IMG/VR virus record: IMGVR_UViG_3300009982_000006
Span: 3,993 to 67,992 of that record
DNA: 64,000 nt
DNA from: a virus
Taxonomy: Duplodnaviria; Caudoviricetes
Direction: 5' to 3' (one strand)
The notes beneath the pieces are model-generated. The model was not told the origin of the DNA. It saw only the letters and a list, made by a program, of their open reading frames with translations, and ran no database searches. Made by a program: the position numbers and the translations under genes. Of the stretch, positions 49,208 to 57,739 are shown piece after piece. Each line of letters starts with the position of its first letter. Within the stretch, counting starts at the first letter, position 1.

Positions 49208-49519
49208 TTTATTTAAGTTTAGGACATACAAAAGGTAGATACTGGCACCTTTAATAGTGCCGTATTTGACTTCCTTTTTAGCTAATCTCACCTTCATATA
49301 TCCAGACCCCTCACAAAACCTATCTGTATGCCCACTCAGGATATATTAAGAAATAAGGCTATGTTTTCATAGTATTAAGTCCCCTATTTCAGATTAGCCC
49401 TCCACTTATTCTGCTGGGGGAGTGACCCCATGTGCCCTTGTTGTTAATGGTCGTACCTTTTGAAGAACGTTGCCAAAAGTGGATGATAAGAATATCAAAA
49501 AAGAATCGTAACTTTGAGG

Positions 49520-49618
49520 TTGTATGCGGTTTAGTCAGCCGCTGTATCCGGTCAAAGGCTTTAAAAACACCGGACGTATGTTATTTGGTGGCCCCGTTTA
49601 TTGCGGGGCTTTTGCTTT
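49520..49618 (+). ncRNA. Candidate antisense small RNA (oop-like)
   Basis: TAACTTTG -7 box at 49509-49516; hairpins at 49526-49542 and 49547-49574; terminator GCCCCG-N7-CGGGGC-TTTTG at 49591-49614. Confidence 0.45.
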
Positions 49619-49810
49619 AGGTAAAGACTTCTGCTTGGATTGATATTCTATCCACTTATTGTAAGTTTTTAATTTGTTGTAGATTGTTTTTCGATCTATT
49701 TGAAGTAAGTTTGCAGCCTCTCCTACTTTACCATCTGTTTTATCCAACGCTTCCCCAATTTGTTTTATTTCGGCTTGCAGTTTTGCTAACTTGTAGGGAG
49801 TAATCTTCAT
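49598..49810 (-). CDS. Fis-type HTH regulator
   Basis: EALDKTDGKVGEAANLLQIDRKTIYNKLK. Confidence 0.85.
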   Translation of the reverse strand: MKITPYKLAKLQAEIKQIGEALDKTDGKVGEAANLLQIDRKTIYNKLKTYNKWIEYQSKQKSLPKAKAPQ

Positions 49811-49818
49811 TTAAGGGG

Positions 49819-49833
49819 AATTTGTTTCACAAT
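49819..49833 (-). promoter_or_regulatory. Putative operator ATTGTGAAACAAATT, overlapping a TTTG-N20-TATCATTG promoter (49861-49830)
   Basis: Identical 15-mer at 54720-54734; dyad core TTGT-N3-ACAA. Confidence 0.6.
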
Positions 49834-49953
49834 GATATGGCGTATTTTTTGCATTGCCAAATATTTATGTTGTTTTATTTGCACATTTTCAGAGGCCATA
49901 GGCATATTGGATGGTAACGGGATTGATTAATGGTCATCCTGGTTTTTCAATAA

Positions 49954-50271
49954 TTACTTTTTTCGTTGACTACCTCTTTCTCCTTTAAAAGTATACCCTA
50001 TGGATGAAGCAGCCGCCTGCAAAGGTAACCAGTGATGATGATTATCACATTTTACCCATAATAATTCTAATCGTTCCTGGTAAACCTCAACAGGTTCTTC
50101 TATAATTTCAACAGTTATTTTATATCGTTTAAATGCAACTACTCCATTAAAACAATAAGGTTCTGGCGAACTTTTACTCAAGTTATCTAATTCCCATCCA
50201 GGGTTTCTGTATGTTTCAATTTGTTTAGGGTATATTGACTTTGCAGTTGGATGTTCTTTCTTTTTAGCCAT
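49954..50271 (-). CDS. Hypothetical protein
   Basis: ORF track. Confidence 0.6.
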   Translation of the reverse strand: MAKKKEHPTAKSIYPKQIETYRNPGWELDNLSKSSPEPYCFNGVVAFKRYKITVEIIEEPVEVYQERLELLWVKCDNHHHWLPLQAAASSIGYTFKGERGSQRKK

Positions 50272-50277
50272 ATTGTA

Positions 50278-50526
50278 TTACAATTTTGGATGTTCTTCTA
50301 AAATAAGGTCTGGATATTTCACGCTTCGCTTACGTGTTTCTACCCAGTACCCGTGACTGTATTCGTGGTGTGATCTTATGAGGCATACATACTTATTGCC
50401 GCCATCAACGCATTCCTTATATAGTCTTTTTGCAGATTCATAAGCCTCCTTGTCTTCTGCTGAATCCCAGGGGCCATCCATTGGGATATAATAACCGTAT
50501 TTGGTTTCTGTTATTTCTGCTGGCAT
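50278..50526 (-). CDS. Hypothetical protein
   Basis: ORF track. Confidence 0.6.
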   Translation of the reverse strand: MPAEITETKYGYYIPMDGPWDSAEDKEAYESAKRLYKECVDGGNKYVCLIRSHHEYSHGYWVETRKRSVKYPDLILEEHPKL

Positions 50527-50538
50527 ATTGTTAGTTGT

Positions 50539-50748
50539 TTAAATATTTACCCATTCTGGTTTTTTATCAGCAGGTAAGCTATCAATCCAATCCTTTGCGT
50601 TTTGCCATGCTATTCTTTCAAAAAATTCTGATTCTCCAATGATAAGTTGTTCTCCATCATCTTCTATAGCTACTGCCCATTTTTTATCCCGGCTATAATC
50701 ACAAAACGCATCTGGGTAAAATTGTTTTACGTATTGTTCAGGAGTCAT
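50539..50748 (-). CDS. Hypothetical protein
   Basis: ORF track. Confidence 0.6.
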   Translation of the reverse strand: MTPEQYVKQFYPDAFCDYSRDKKWAVAIEDDGEQLIIGESEFFERIAWQNAKDWIDSLPADKKPEWVNI

Positions 50749-50756
50749 ATTGTATA

Positions 50757-51065
50757 TTAGTTTATGTCTTGTTTAAGATTCTGTTTTGCAATGGTTTCTT
50801 TTAAGTCAAGCAATTCTCCTTCTAATTTGAAATACCGTTGCTGCCAATCTATCTCAGCTCCTGTTTCCATTGCGAACCCGTCACCAGCTTGTAGTTCATT
50901 TAAGTAGTCAGCGATTCTTTTTAAGTATTCTTCTATTTCATCGCCATCTTCTCTTGTGATAATTCGATCAATACCGTTAGTTATTTCCCAGTAACCATCA
51001 TAATCTCCGGTATCAGCTATTTGATATGAGTGAGATTTAACTTCAAACTTTGGTTTATTTTTCAC
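50757..51065 (-). CDS. Hypothetical protein
   Basis: ORF track. Confidence 0.6.
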   Translation of the reverse strand: MKNKPKFEVKSHSYQIADTGDYDGYWEITNGIDRIITREDGDEIEEYLKRIADYLNELQAGDGFAMETGAEIDWQQRYFKLEGELLDLKETIAKQNLKQDIN

Positions 51066-51071
51066 TGCTTA

Positions 51072-51263
51072 TTATTTTATTGATTTTAAAACTGCATAAA
51101 TAATAAACCCTAATATAAATAAGACTACCGGAATCCATAGAGGAGACAATACCAACCACCACGACCAATCAATATTGCGAGTCAGTTTCAATACAATAAA
51201 TATAAGTGCCAAAATAGCTAGGAAAGACATGCTTCCTCCTTTATTAGATTTGTTATCGCTCAT
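51072..51263 (-). CDS. Small 2-TM phage membrane protein
   Basis: IFIVLKLT-x-x-IDWSWWLVLSPLWIP motif, recalled as common in phages. Confidence 0.7.
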   Translation of the reverse strand: MSDNKSNKGGSMSFLAILALIFIVLKLTRNIDWSWWLVLSPLWIPVVLFILGFIIYAVLKSIK

Positions 51264-51274
51264 GTTTGTTATTT

Positions 51275-51478
51275 TTAATATTCCATAAATAAATCAAGTG
51301 CATCATCTACTATACCATGCTTACCGTTTAGGTAGTAGTTTTCCATTTCCCCATCCACCTCTACAAGTACTGGTGCAGGTTGACCGCCATCCAAATGGGC
51401 GATTAATGTTGCGGGTCGGCCATACCTGGTACGCATTGGTATGCCTTTCTTTGCTTTGTTTAAATCAAATGGTATCAT
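51275..51478 (-). CDS. Small hypothetical protein (FDLNKAKKG...TRYGR)
   Basis: ORF track. Confidence 0.6.
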   Translation of the reverse strand: MIPFDLNKAKKGIPMRTRYGRPATLIAHLDGGQPAPVLVEVDGEMENYYLNGKHGIVDDALDLFMEY

Positions 51479-52496
51479 TGTTAAATATTAATTCCATAAT
51501 TAGTGAAGTGAAGCCGGAGTCGCCAGTAATATACACCATCCCTTTGCCGCGACTAAAAGTAAGTTCTTCATCTGGCGCTGTCTTTAGTAATCGATTAAGT
51601 GTAGCTGCATCATACTGCAACTTACCTTCCATTTTACCTACCACTTCTATCTCTTTTTCATTGTCTACACCAAAATCACTATTAACTGCTGACATTATTA
51701 ACTTACCGTCTTTTATTTCTAAAAATGGATGGCATATCTTCAACTTGGACATAGATAAACATGTATCATTAAAGGCTATTAGTTCATCCTTCGGGGCATG
51801 AAATGAATCAAGGTTTTCGTATTTAAAAAAGCTACTCATGTCGATGTATGTAGCCTCTGTTTTTTGAAACCCATATATAACTTTCCCGGCTTTAAAAAAC
51901 AGCTTCTTTTCTGTTTGAGCAAAGTCTGCGGGATCTATCGAGCTAACTCTTTGCGCAACGCTTCTATGGATGGCTGTTTTGGGCAGCATCCTGTCTATTT
52001 TTCTATAAAACGCGATATTGGCATCTGAAGCTAGAATTGTATCACCCCCTATGAAGATGTGAGTTTTTCTAAGATCATCGCCGCCTTCTTTTGTATACTT
52101 TGCGGCTGCCCCGAAGTGTTTGAGAATTGTATCAGTTAATGATACTGTTTCTTTAGGCATTTCTTCAGGGATGGGGAATAATGAAATATCGCCTTGTGTA
52201 GAACTAGCTTTTTGTGAGCCATCAGAAATAACAACCCTTTTGCCATCTGTTACAAATGTTACATCTGAAGCATTTGTGTAGTCAATAAAGCTAAATAGTA
52301 TTCTCTCTTCGATAAGAAACGATCCGGTAAAGGTTGATTCCTGAATTACAAATTCATTTATGTTTGTTCTTGTTATAGCACCGTTGTCGAACTTTATGTA
52401 ATCAAGAATAGGGAGAACGCCTTTATTTTGAATATGCGATGAGCTTTTTTTGAATGACCTTATATCTGCTACAGGAACTTTTATAGTCTGCTTCAT
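51465..52496 (-). CDS. dnaN: DNA polymerase III beta sliding clamp-like protein
   Basis: 343 aa; KGVLPILDYIKF N-terminus, ILASDA, VNSDFG...EIEV and three-domain periodicity. Confidence 0.7.
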   Translation of the reverse strand: MKQTIKVPVADIRSFKKSSSHIQNKGVLPILDYIKFDNGAITRTNINEFVIQESTFTGSFLIEERILFSFIDYTNASDVTFVTDGKRVVISDGSQKASSTQGDISLFPIPEEMPKETVSLTDTILKHFGAAAKYTKEGGDDLRKTHIFIGGDTILASDANIAFYRKIDRMLPKTAIHRSVAQRVSSIDPADFAQTEKKLFFKAGKVIYGFQKTEATYIDMSSFFKYENLDSFHAPKDELIAFNDTCLSMSKLKICHPFLEIKDGKLIMSAVNSDFGVDNEKEIEVVGKMEGKLQYDAATLNRLLKTAPDEELTFSRGKGMVYITGDSGFTSLIMELIFNNDTI

Positions 52497-52903
52497 TAAA
52501 ATAGTGTGTTTGTTTGAGTTTTAGGGTTTGAATTAGCGATAGCTTGTATATTTCGCGAGTGATCCTGTACTGTCGGAGTTGACTTTAATTTTGCATCTTC
52601 TATAATAGAATTTACTTCATCTAATGAAAGGATCATCCATATATAGCCCGATCTTCCGGATTTAAGCGTTTTTTTATTCCCTGGCCGATAAAGTATTTTA
52701 GCTCTCTCTAATTCAGATAAACGCTTCCACACTACACTTTTATCTACCTTCATCTTTTTGGCGATATCTTCAAAAGTTCCACTTCCTAATTCGGCCAAGG
52801 CTAATATTATTTTCTTATAAGTTTCTCTAAGTTTTACTGGATCAAGGCTCCTGTATGCCTCCAGGCTTGTTTCTTGAATTTTTGATTTTCTCATAATTAT
52901 CAT
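52496..52903 (-). CDS. Winged-HTH DNA-binding protein
   Basis: GTFEDIAKKMKVDKSVVWKRLSELER...KSGRSGYIW. Confidence 0.75.
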   Translation of the reverse strand: MIIMRKSKIQETSLEAYRSLDPVKLRETYKKIILALAELGSGTFEDIAKKMKVDKSVVWKRLSELERAKILYRPGNKKTLKSGRSGYIWMILSLDEVNSIIEDAKLKSTPTVQDHSRNIQAIANSNPKTQTNTLF

Positions 52904-53135
52904 TTAATACATTTCCATGAACTTTTATTTTAGTTGAATGATCGAAGACTAAATCCCAGAATCTACCTTTCCCATCAGTGATATTTAAAGAATGGCCCCT
53001 GGCTTTTACTAAAATACCAAACCTTGCAGGGTTATCATACGAAGCCCATCCATTCTCTATTATATCGCCAAATTTTAAATAAACACTAGCCATATTGAAG
53101 CCTTCTTCTCCTAGTTCTTTTATTTCTTCACTCAT
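52842..53135 (-). CDS. Hypothetical protein
   Basis: ORF track. Confidence 0.55.
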   Translation of the reverse strand: MSEEIKELGEEGFNMASVYLKFGDIIENGWASYDNPARFGILVKARGHSLNITDGKGRFWDLVFDHSTKIKVHGNVLNDNYEKIKNSRNKPGGIQEP

Positions 53136-53145
53136 TGTTTATTAT

Positions 53146-53394
53146 TTATAGAAAATCATAATAACGTGAAGCGAGATATTTTAAATTTCTAGAGCGCTGA
53201 TCGATTGTCCAGTTTTCAAAGATGCTGATTACAGCAAGTAATTCTTTTAGTTCACTATCTAATGGACTTGGTGGCTGTACTGGCACCAGTTTAGGTTTCT
53301 TATTATATGCGCGTTTCTTCGCGGCTTTCTTTTTTGCTATCGTTTTACTTTGTCTCATGATTAATAATTTATAGTTGTTGTTTACGTATCCCAT
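53146..53394 (-). CDS. Small basic hypothetical protein
   Basis: ORF track; the true start is probably the internal MRQSK. Confidence 0.55.
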   Translation of the reverse strand: MGYVNNNYKLLIMRQSKTIAKKKAAKKRAYNKKPKLVPVQPPSPLDSELKELLAVISIFENWTIDQRSRNLKYLASRYYDFL

Positions 53395-53560
53395 TTTTAC
53401 ATGAAATTAAAGACACAAGTATCCAGTGAGTAGTTTCATCATTCATACCGTTTTCTTTACAGTCTTTTAGCCACGATATAAGATCATCTACTTTTACATA
53501 CACTGACCCTTCAAGCATAACAGTGTCTATCTGAAATGAATCATCATTTATTACTGGCAT
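53369..53560 (-). CDS. Small hypothetical protein
   Basis: ORF track. Confidence 0.55.
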   Translation of the reverse strand: MPVINDDSFQIDTVMLEGSVYVKVDDLISWLKDCKENGMNDETTHWILVSLISCKNGIRKQQL

Positions 53561-53575
53561 AGTATTTATTATTGT

Positions 53576-53794
53576 TTATAGTGATTGTAATAGAGCTTCT
53601 TTAGAAGGAAATAGATCGTTGTCAGATAAGTATTGGCCTGATTCTTCAAGACGATACCTGGCTTTTATTGAAATACCTCTGTCGTATGTATTACAGGCAA
53701 TAGGTTCAACAGAATAAATATATCTGGATGTTATCTTATTTTGATGCATAAACCATACCTCAGAACCAACATCATATTTAGTTTCTATTATCAT
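53576..53794 (-). CDS. Small hypothetical protein (IETKYDVGSEVWF...LFPSKEALL)
   Basis: ORF track; pattern recalled from Bacteroidota phage genes. Confidence 0.6.
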   Translation of the reverse strand: MIIETKYDVGSEVWFMHQNKITSRYIYSVEPIACNTYDRGISIKARYRLEESGQYLSDNDLFPSKEALLQSL

Positions 53795-53802
53795 TTATTA
53801 TT

Positions 53803-54165
53803 TTATTTATGATTATTACTTTTAAAAGTATGTCTTTTGTATTCATCCCATATCTGGGATTTACTTGTATAATTAGACCAATCGGTCATAAATTCAGGAT
53901 CATCCTGGCGTAAATACTCCCTAGCCATTTCTCTATGGAAAATGCAGGTTTTATGATCTTCTAATCCAACTAATTCTCCTATACTTACTAAAGTAGCATC
54001 TGTTGTCATACACGCAACGTATATGTAAATTCTCCTGCACTTTACATATACATCTTTTCTGCATTTTCTTTTTACATCTTCCAATGTAACATTAAACACA
54101 CCTACAACTTCTTTTAATATATCTTTTAAATCAGGACCGCGTGTTTGCTTATATTTATATTTCAT
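53803..54165 (-). CDS. DnaA C-terminal (domain IV)-like HTH protein
   Basis: ILKEVVGVFNVTLEDVKRKCRK...RRIYIY...LVSIGELVG-x-x-DHKTCIF. Confidence 0.7.
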   Translation of the reverse strand: MKYKYKQTRGPDLKDILKEVVGVFNVTLEDVKRKCRKDVYVKCRRIYIYVACMTTDATLVSIGELVGLEDHKTCIFHREMAREYLRQDDPEFMTDWSNYTSKSQIWDEYKRHTFKSNNHK

Positions 54166-54168
54166 AAC

Positions 54169-54675
54169 TTATACTTTATTAATGAGTGACTTAATCTTTT
54201 GTATAGCAACCCATCTTCTCCTGGCAATTATTTGATGTGTTGTTTTTTCTATTTTAGCTATCTCAACCCCACTTAATCCATCAATCTCTAATAGTAATAT
54301 CCTTTTATACATATCAGGCAGCTTGTTGATGAGGTATAATAATCTCCTTCTGTTTTGTGGTTCTGATTGTTCATCATCTATAAGAAGGTAATCTTCAAAG
54401 ACTTGGCTAGTCGGTATCTTTAATCTCTTCTTGTAATTATAAATTCCGTTTCTGACTCCATAATATATATAAGCCTCAATCCCTTCATATTCCTTGAATA
54501 TAGCATCCCCTATCCATAGTCCGGCGAATACCCATAATACCGTATCCTCAGCATCTTGATGATCTGCTATTTCTTTCTTTGCTTGTTTCAGAAATCTTGG
54601 ATAAAGAGCTTCAAATACAACTCTAAAAGTTATTTCATCTCTTTCATTGAATCGGTTTATGAACTCACTGTCCAT
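54169..54675 (-). CDS. ECF-type sigma-70 factor (second copy)
   Basis: DAEDTVLWVF, YIYYGVRNGIYN, INKLPDMYKRILLLEIDGLSGVEIAK; start moved to ATG 54675. Confidence 0.8.
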   Translation of the reverse strand: MDSEFINRFNERDEITFRVVFEALYPRFLKQAKKEIADHQDAEDTVLWVFAGLWIGDAIFKEYEGIEAYIYYGVRNGIYNYKKRLKIPTSQVFEDYLLIDDEQSEPQNRRRLLYLINKLPDMYKRILLLEIDGLSGVEIAKIEKTTHQIIARRRWVAIQKIKSLINKV

Positions 54676-54714
54676 GATCTGTTTGCTTTGATAGAACAAA
54701 CTTAGAAATAATAT

Positions 54715-54744
54715 TTTGAATTGTGAAACAAATTTGTATTTTTG
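54715..54744 (+). promoter_or_regulatory. Promoter TTTG-N18-TATTTTTG with a 15-bp operator (54720-54734) in its spacer
   Basis: Exact TAnnTTTG match; operator identical to 49819-49833 (inverted). Confidence 0.65.
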
Positions 54745-54759
54745 ATGAAATTATTTCAA

Positions 54760-54978
54760 ATGGATGTGATCTGGAATGGGAAACAATTCTCTAAGCAATT
54801 AAAGCAGAAGCGACTTATTGATGATGATATTGACATGCGAACATTGGCTGATAGAATAGATGTTAGTGCAGCTACAATATCTCGTTGTGAGAATGGCGAA
54901 ATGCCAGACTTGAAATCGTATGCAAAACTATGTCACTATATTGAAAAGCCGCTAGATATGTTTGTTAAAGTAAAGTAG
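54760..54978 (+). CDS. XRE-family HTH regulator (Cro/CI-like)
   Basis: MRTLADRIDVSAATISRCENGEMPD; divergent from the ECF sigma gene. Confidence 0.85.
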   Translation: MDVIWNGKQFSKQLKQKRLIDDDIDMRTLADRIDVSAATISRCENGEMPDLKSYAKLCHYIEKPLDMFVKVK

Positions 54979-55002
54979 ATTATTCATTATACATAAATAA
55001 TA

Positions 55003-55587
55003 ATGGCTAATATAAATTTTAATTGCGCTTATTGTGGCAAAGAAGGTGTTAAGCATATTAGTAAATATCATTGGTCTATAAAAGAAGGGCTTAATCAGTA
55101 TTGCAATCGTAAGTGCGCTGGGCTTGGCCGAAGAACTAATGAAACGGAAGAAGAAAAGAAGGTGTATAAACAATGGTACGACTTATTTATAAGAGCTTCA
55201 AGAACTGAAGATGAGTATATTTTATATACCCTACAAAAGCTGGTTCTTTTTCATTTAGATTACCGGGTAAATCCTGAAAAATACAAAAAACACCGCCAAA
55301 GAAGAATGCCCGCACATATTGAATATTGTCGGCAGCCGAAATATAAAGAATATAAGAAGGCGTATGATGAACAATATAGAGCCAAGAAAGATTACGGTGA
55401 ATTTTGGGAGGCCGCAATAGCTCTTAAAAATCTTGACAAAGAAATAGATTATCGAGAATCAAAAAGGCAGAATAAACTATATCATAAATCATCTACAAAA
55501 CGTAAACGAGCATGGCAAAAACAGCTAAAACAGAGCGTCAGGAACTTACGGCAACTAACCTCAAAAACGTCCTTTGGGACACTTTAA
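55003..55587 (+). CDS. Zn-finger protein
   Basis: CAYCGK...YCNRKCAG, basic helical C-terminus. Confidence 0.6.
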   Translation: MANINFNCAYCGKEGVKHISKYHWSIKEGLNQYCNRKCAGLGRRTNETEEEKKVYKQWYDLFIRASRTEDEYILYTLQKLVLFHLDYRVNPEKYKKHRQRRMPAHIEYCRQPKYKEYKKAYDEQYRAKKDYGEFWEAAIALKNLDKEIDYRESKRQNKLYHKSSTKRKRAWQKQLKQSVRNLRQLTSKTSFGTL

Positions 55588-55751
55588 ATAAGGTTAAGGA
55601 TGGCGAAATGGATGCTGGAGCAGCAGATTCTATTGCTACTCAATCCAGAGAAATTATGAGAACTATTAATGTTCAATTGCAGGTAGCAAGACAAACTAAA
55701 AGACAGGTCCCTATGGAAATTATTGATTTTAGTGAATCAAATGGTAAATAA
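55512..55751 (+). CDS. Small helical hypothetical protein
   Basis: ORF track, overlap-coupled. Confidence 0.6.
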   Translation: MAKTAKTERQELTATNLKNVLWDTLNKVKDGEMDAGAADSIATQSREIMRTINVQLQVARQTKRQVPMEIIDFSESNGK

Positions 55752-56251
55752 TGGGATTAGAAGAAATCCGTAAATTAAAGGAACAGGCACAGCTTCCGAA
55801 GCAACAAAAACTTCGGAAGCCTATCGCTAAAAAGTCAGCTAAAAAGATAAAGGAAGAAGCGGCCTTTAAAGCTGGCAAATCAAAAGGTGGACAGGAATTG
55901 GGTAGATGGTTTGATGACAGACGAAAAGAAATGACAGGTAGATGTATGCACTGCGGAGGTAAATCATGCAAGGATAATAATGATTATTGGCTTTTTTCAA
56001 TCGCGCATATTCTGCCAAAGAGGTTATTTAAGTCTGTAGCAACACACCCCTTGAATTGGATTGAATTGTGTTACTTTTCGCCATCATGTCATGCGAATTT
56101 TGATAACCACACTATAGATATAACAGAATTAAACTGCTATGATTTAGTTATCGAACGATTTATTGCAATGTACCCAAGTATAGCTTCAAAAGAACGAAGA
56201 TATATTCCTGACACATTATTACAATACGTAAAAAACGAAACAGATATATGA
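55751..56251 (+). CDS. NinG/HNH-like nuclease
   Basis: CMHCGG...AHILPKR...HPLNWIELC...CHANFD. Confidence 0.65.
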   Translation: MGLEEIRKLKEQAQLPKQQKLRKPIAKKSAKKIKEEAAFKAGKSKGGQELGRWFDDRRKEMTGRCMHCGGKSCKDNNDYWLFSIAHILPKRLFKSVATHPLNWIELCYFSPSCHANFDNHTIDITELNCYDLVIERFIAMYPSIASKERRYIPDTLLQYVKNETDI

Positions 56252-56463
56252 GTGAAGTAAAATTAACAGAAAAAGATTTGATTGTTTTAAAAGTACTTGA
56301 AGATAGTCAATACGCTTTAGGCCCAACAGAGATAGGGTTAAAATTAGGCATATCATATAATTCTGCCAGTTCTTATTGTAATGCGTCTCTAAAGCGATTA
56401 CTGGCAGCAGGCAAGGTTGTGAAGATTACAACAGATCGAGTAAAATATAAAATACATCATTAA
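56248..56463 (+). CDS. Small winged-HTH protein
   Basis: LGPTEIGLKLGISYNSASSYC...LKRLLAAGKV. Confidence 0.65.
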   Translation: MSEVKLTEKDLIVLKVLEDSQYALGPTEIGLKLGISYNSASSYCNASLKRLLAAGKVVKITTDRVKYKIHH

Positions 56464-56474
56464 CCCCACCCCCG

Positions 56475-56828
56475 ATGCAAAAGAACGCGAACGCCACAGT
56501 TGAAGATAATAATGAACCAGTATACCCAATCGGGGGCTACGCTCCTGGTGAATATTTTTGCATATGTTCAACTTGTAACGAAAGGTATATAGGCGCTAGG
56601 AGATCGTTTCAATGCTTAGCATGTGGCACTAAGTCTAAGGCTGAATGGGATGCGTTAACACCTAGTCAGCAAGAGGAAAGACTTAAGCGTAACGTTGAGA
56701 TATATAATGAGTTCATAAAGACATATAGCAGCAATGAGCAGTTGTCGGGCGCTGACCAAGTGTGCGGGAAAACCGAACTAAATAACCTTGCTGCTATTTC
56801 AAACCAACAAAAGCAAAACGATGAGTAA
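56475..56828 (+). CDS. Zn-ribbon hypothetical protein
   Basis: GYAPGEYFCICSTC...FQCLAC. Confidence 0.6.
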   Translation: MQKNANATVEDNNEPVYPIGGYAPGEYFCICSTCNERYIGARRSFQCLACGTKSKAEWDALTPSQQEERLKRNVEIYNEFIKTYSSNEQLSGADQVCGKTELNNLAAISNQQKQNDE

Positions 56829-57144
56829 AGGCAGAGACGAAATTGAATATTTAAAAGAGCTTCACTATGAAGTATTTCATATGCTTGATAAAAAAGAATA
56901 TAATAAGCTCAACAGGAAAATGAAGGATATTAGGTTTATGCATGACCCTAATAAATCCAAAATGATCCTAACCTTAACTCAATCACTAGTAAACTTTGAG
57001 CCAATATTAGAAGAAAGGTATTTATTGTACAAATGGTTTATGGATGATTGCGGACTTGTTTATTATGATATGCCATTATTCAAAAACAAAGACAATAACG
57101 TTCCTGATAAATATAAGACCAATGATACCCCAACAACGCATTAA
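56821..57144 (+). CDS. Hypothetical protein
   Basis: Start moved to ATG 56821. Confidence 0.55.
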   Translation: MSKGRDEIEYLKELHYEVFHMLDKKEYNKLNRKMKDIRFMHDPNKSKMILTLTQSLVNFEPILEERYLLYKWFMDDCGLVYYDMPLFKNKDNNVPDKYKTNDTPTTH

Positions 57145-57538
57145 GGATGAGGCATTAAAAATATTCCCGACACAAATGCATAGTGTCCAGCATGGGGCAT
57201 TCTGCGACTTAAATGAATACCCACGTGAGTTGTGGATCGCCGGAGCGACTGCGGAGAATACCAGGGCGCAAGGTCTGGTGGATGCGCTGGAAGAAGCTAA
57301 GAAGCGTATCCACGAATTATGCATGACCATTATTAGGCTTGGTTATACTCCATTTAATCCAATAGGCGAAATAAATCAAGCCCTTGCGAAATGGAAAGGG
57401 GAGGGGGAGGAGCCACAAGAAATGTGCGGCATATGCAAAGAAAAGCCTGTCGGGAAAGATATTACCGTATGCAATGACTGTTACTATAGCTTTGACGGTG
57501 ATCGGCGCGGGTTCTGGAAAGGAGACGCATATCAATAA
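57122..57538 (+). CDS. Hypothetical protein with C-terminal CxxC...CxxC
   Basis: Start moved to ATG 57122. Confidence 0.55.
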   Translation: MIPQQRIKDEALKIFPTQMHSVQHGAFCDLNEYPRELWIAGATAENTRAQGLVDALEEAKKRIHELCMTIIRLGYTPFNPIGEINQALAKWKGEGEEPQEMCGICKEKPVGKDITVCNDCYYSFDGDRRGFWKGDAYQ

Positions 57539-57556
57539 CCAACAAAAAAGCAAGTA

Positions 57557-57739
57557 ATGGATATAAAGCATGAATATATTGCAGTTGGCCCTGAATTATA
57601 TAAGCGCGTATACTGGCCTGAACAACCTATTGATTCATATGTCGCAACATATGTTTCAGATGAAGCTGCAAAAGACGCAGCAATTGTATGGAATGAGCGA
57701 ATGAATAATTATAAAAATGAACTCACTAACCCCCACTAA
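57557..57739 (+). CDS. Small hypothetical protein
   Basis: ORF track. Confidence 0.55.
   Translation: MDIKHEYIAVGPELYKRVYWPEQPIDSYVATYVSDEAAKDAAIVWNERMNNYKNELTNPH

Noticed and set aside
50266-50760. Recurrent ACAATATG at three consecutive gene starts
   Set aside because: Short and explained by the A-rich translation initiation preference of Bacteroidota
54169-54978. Classic lysogeny module or integrated prophage
   Set aside because: A divergent XRE gene exists, but no integrase, partition genes, att-like repeats or flanking host genes are visible, so the lifestyle cannot be called
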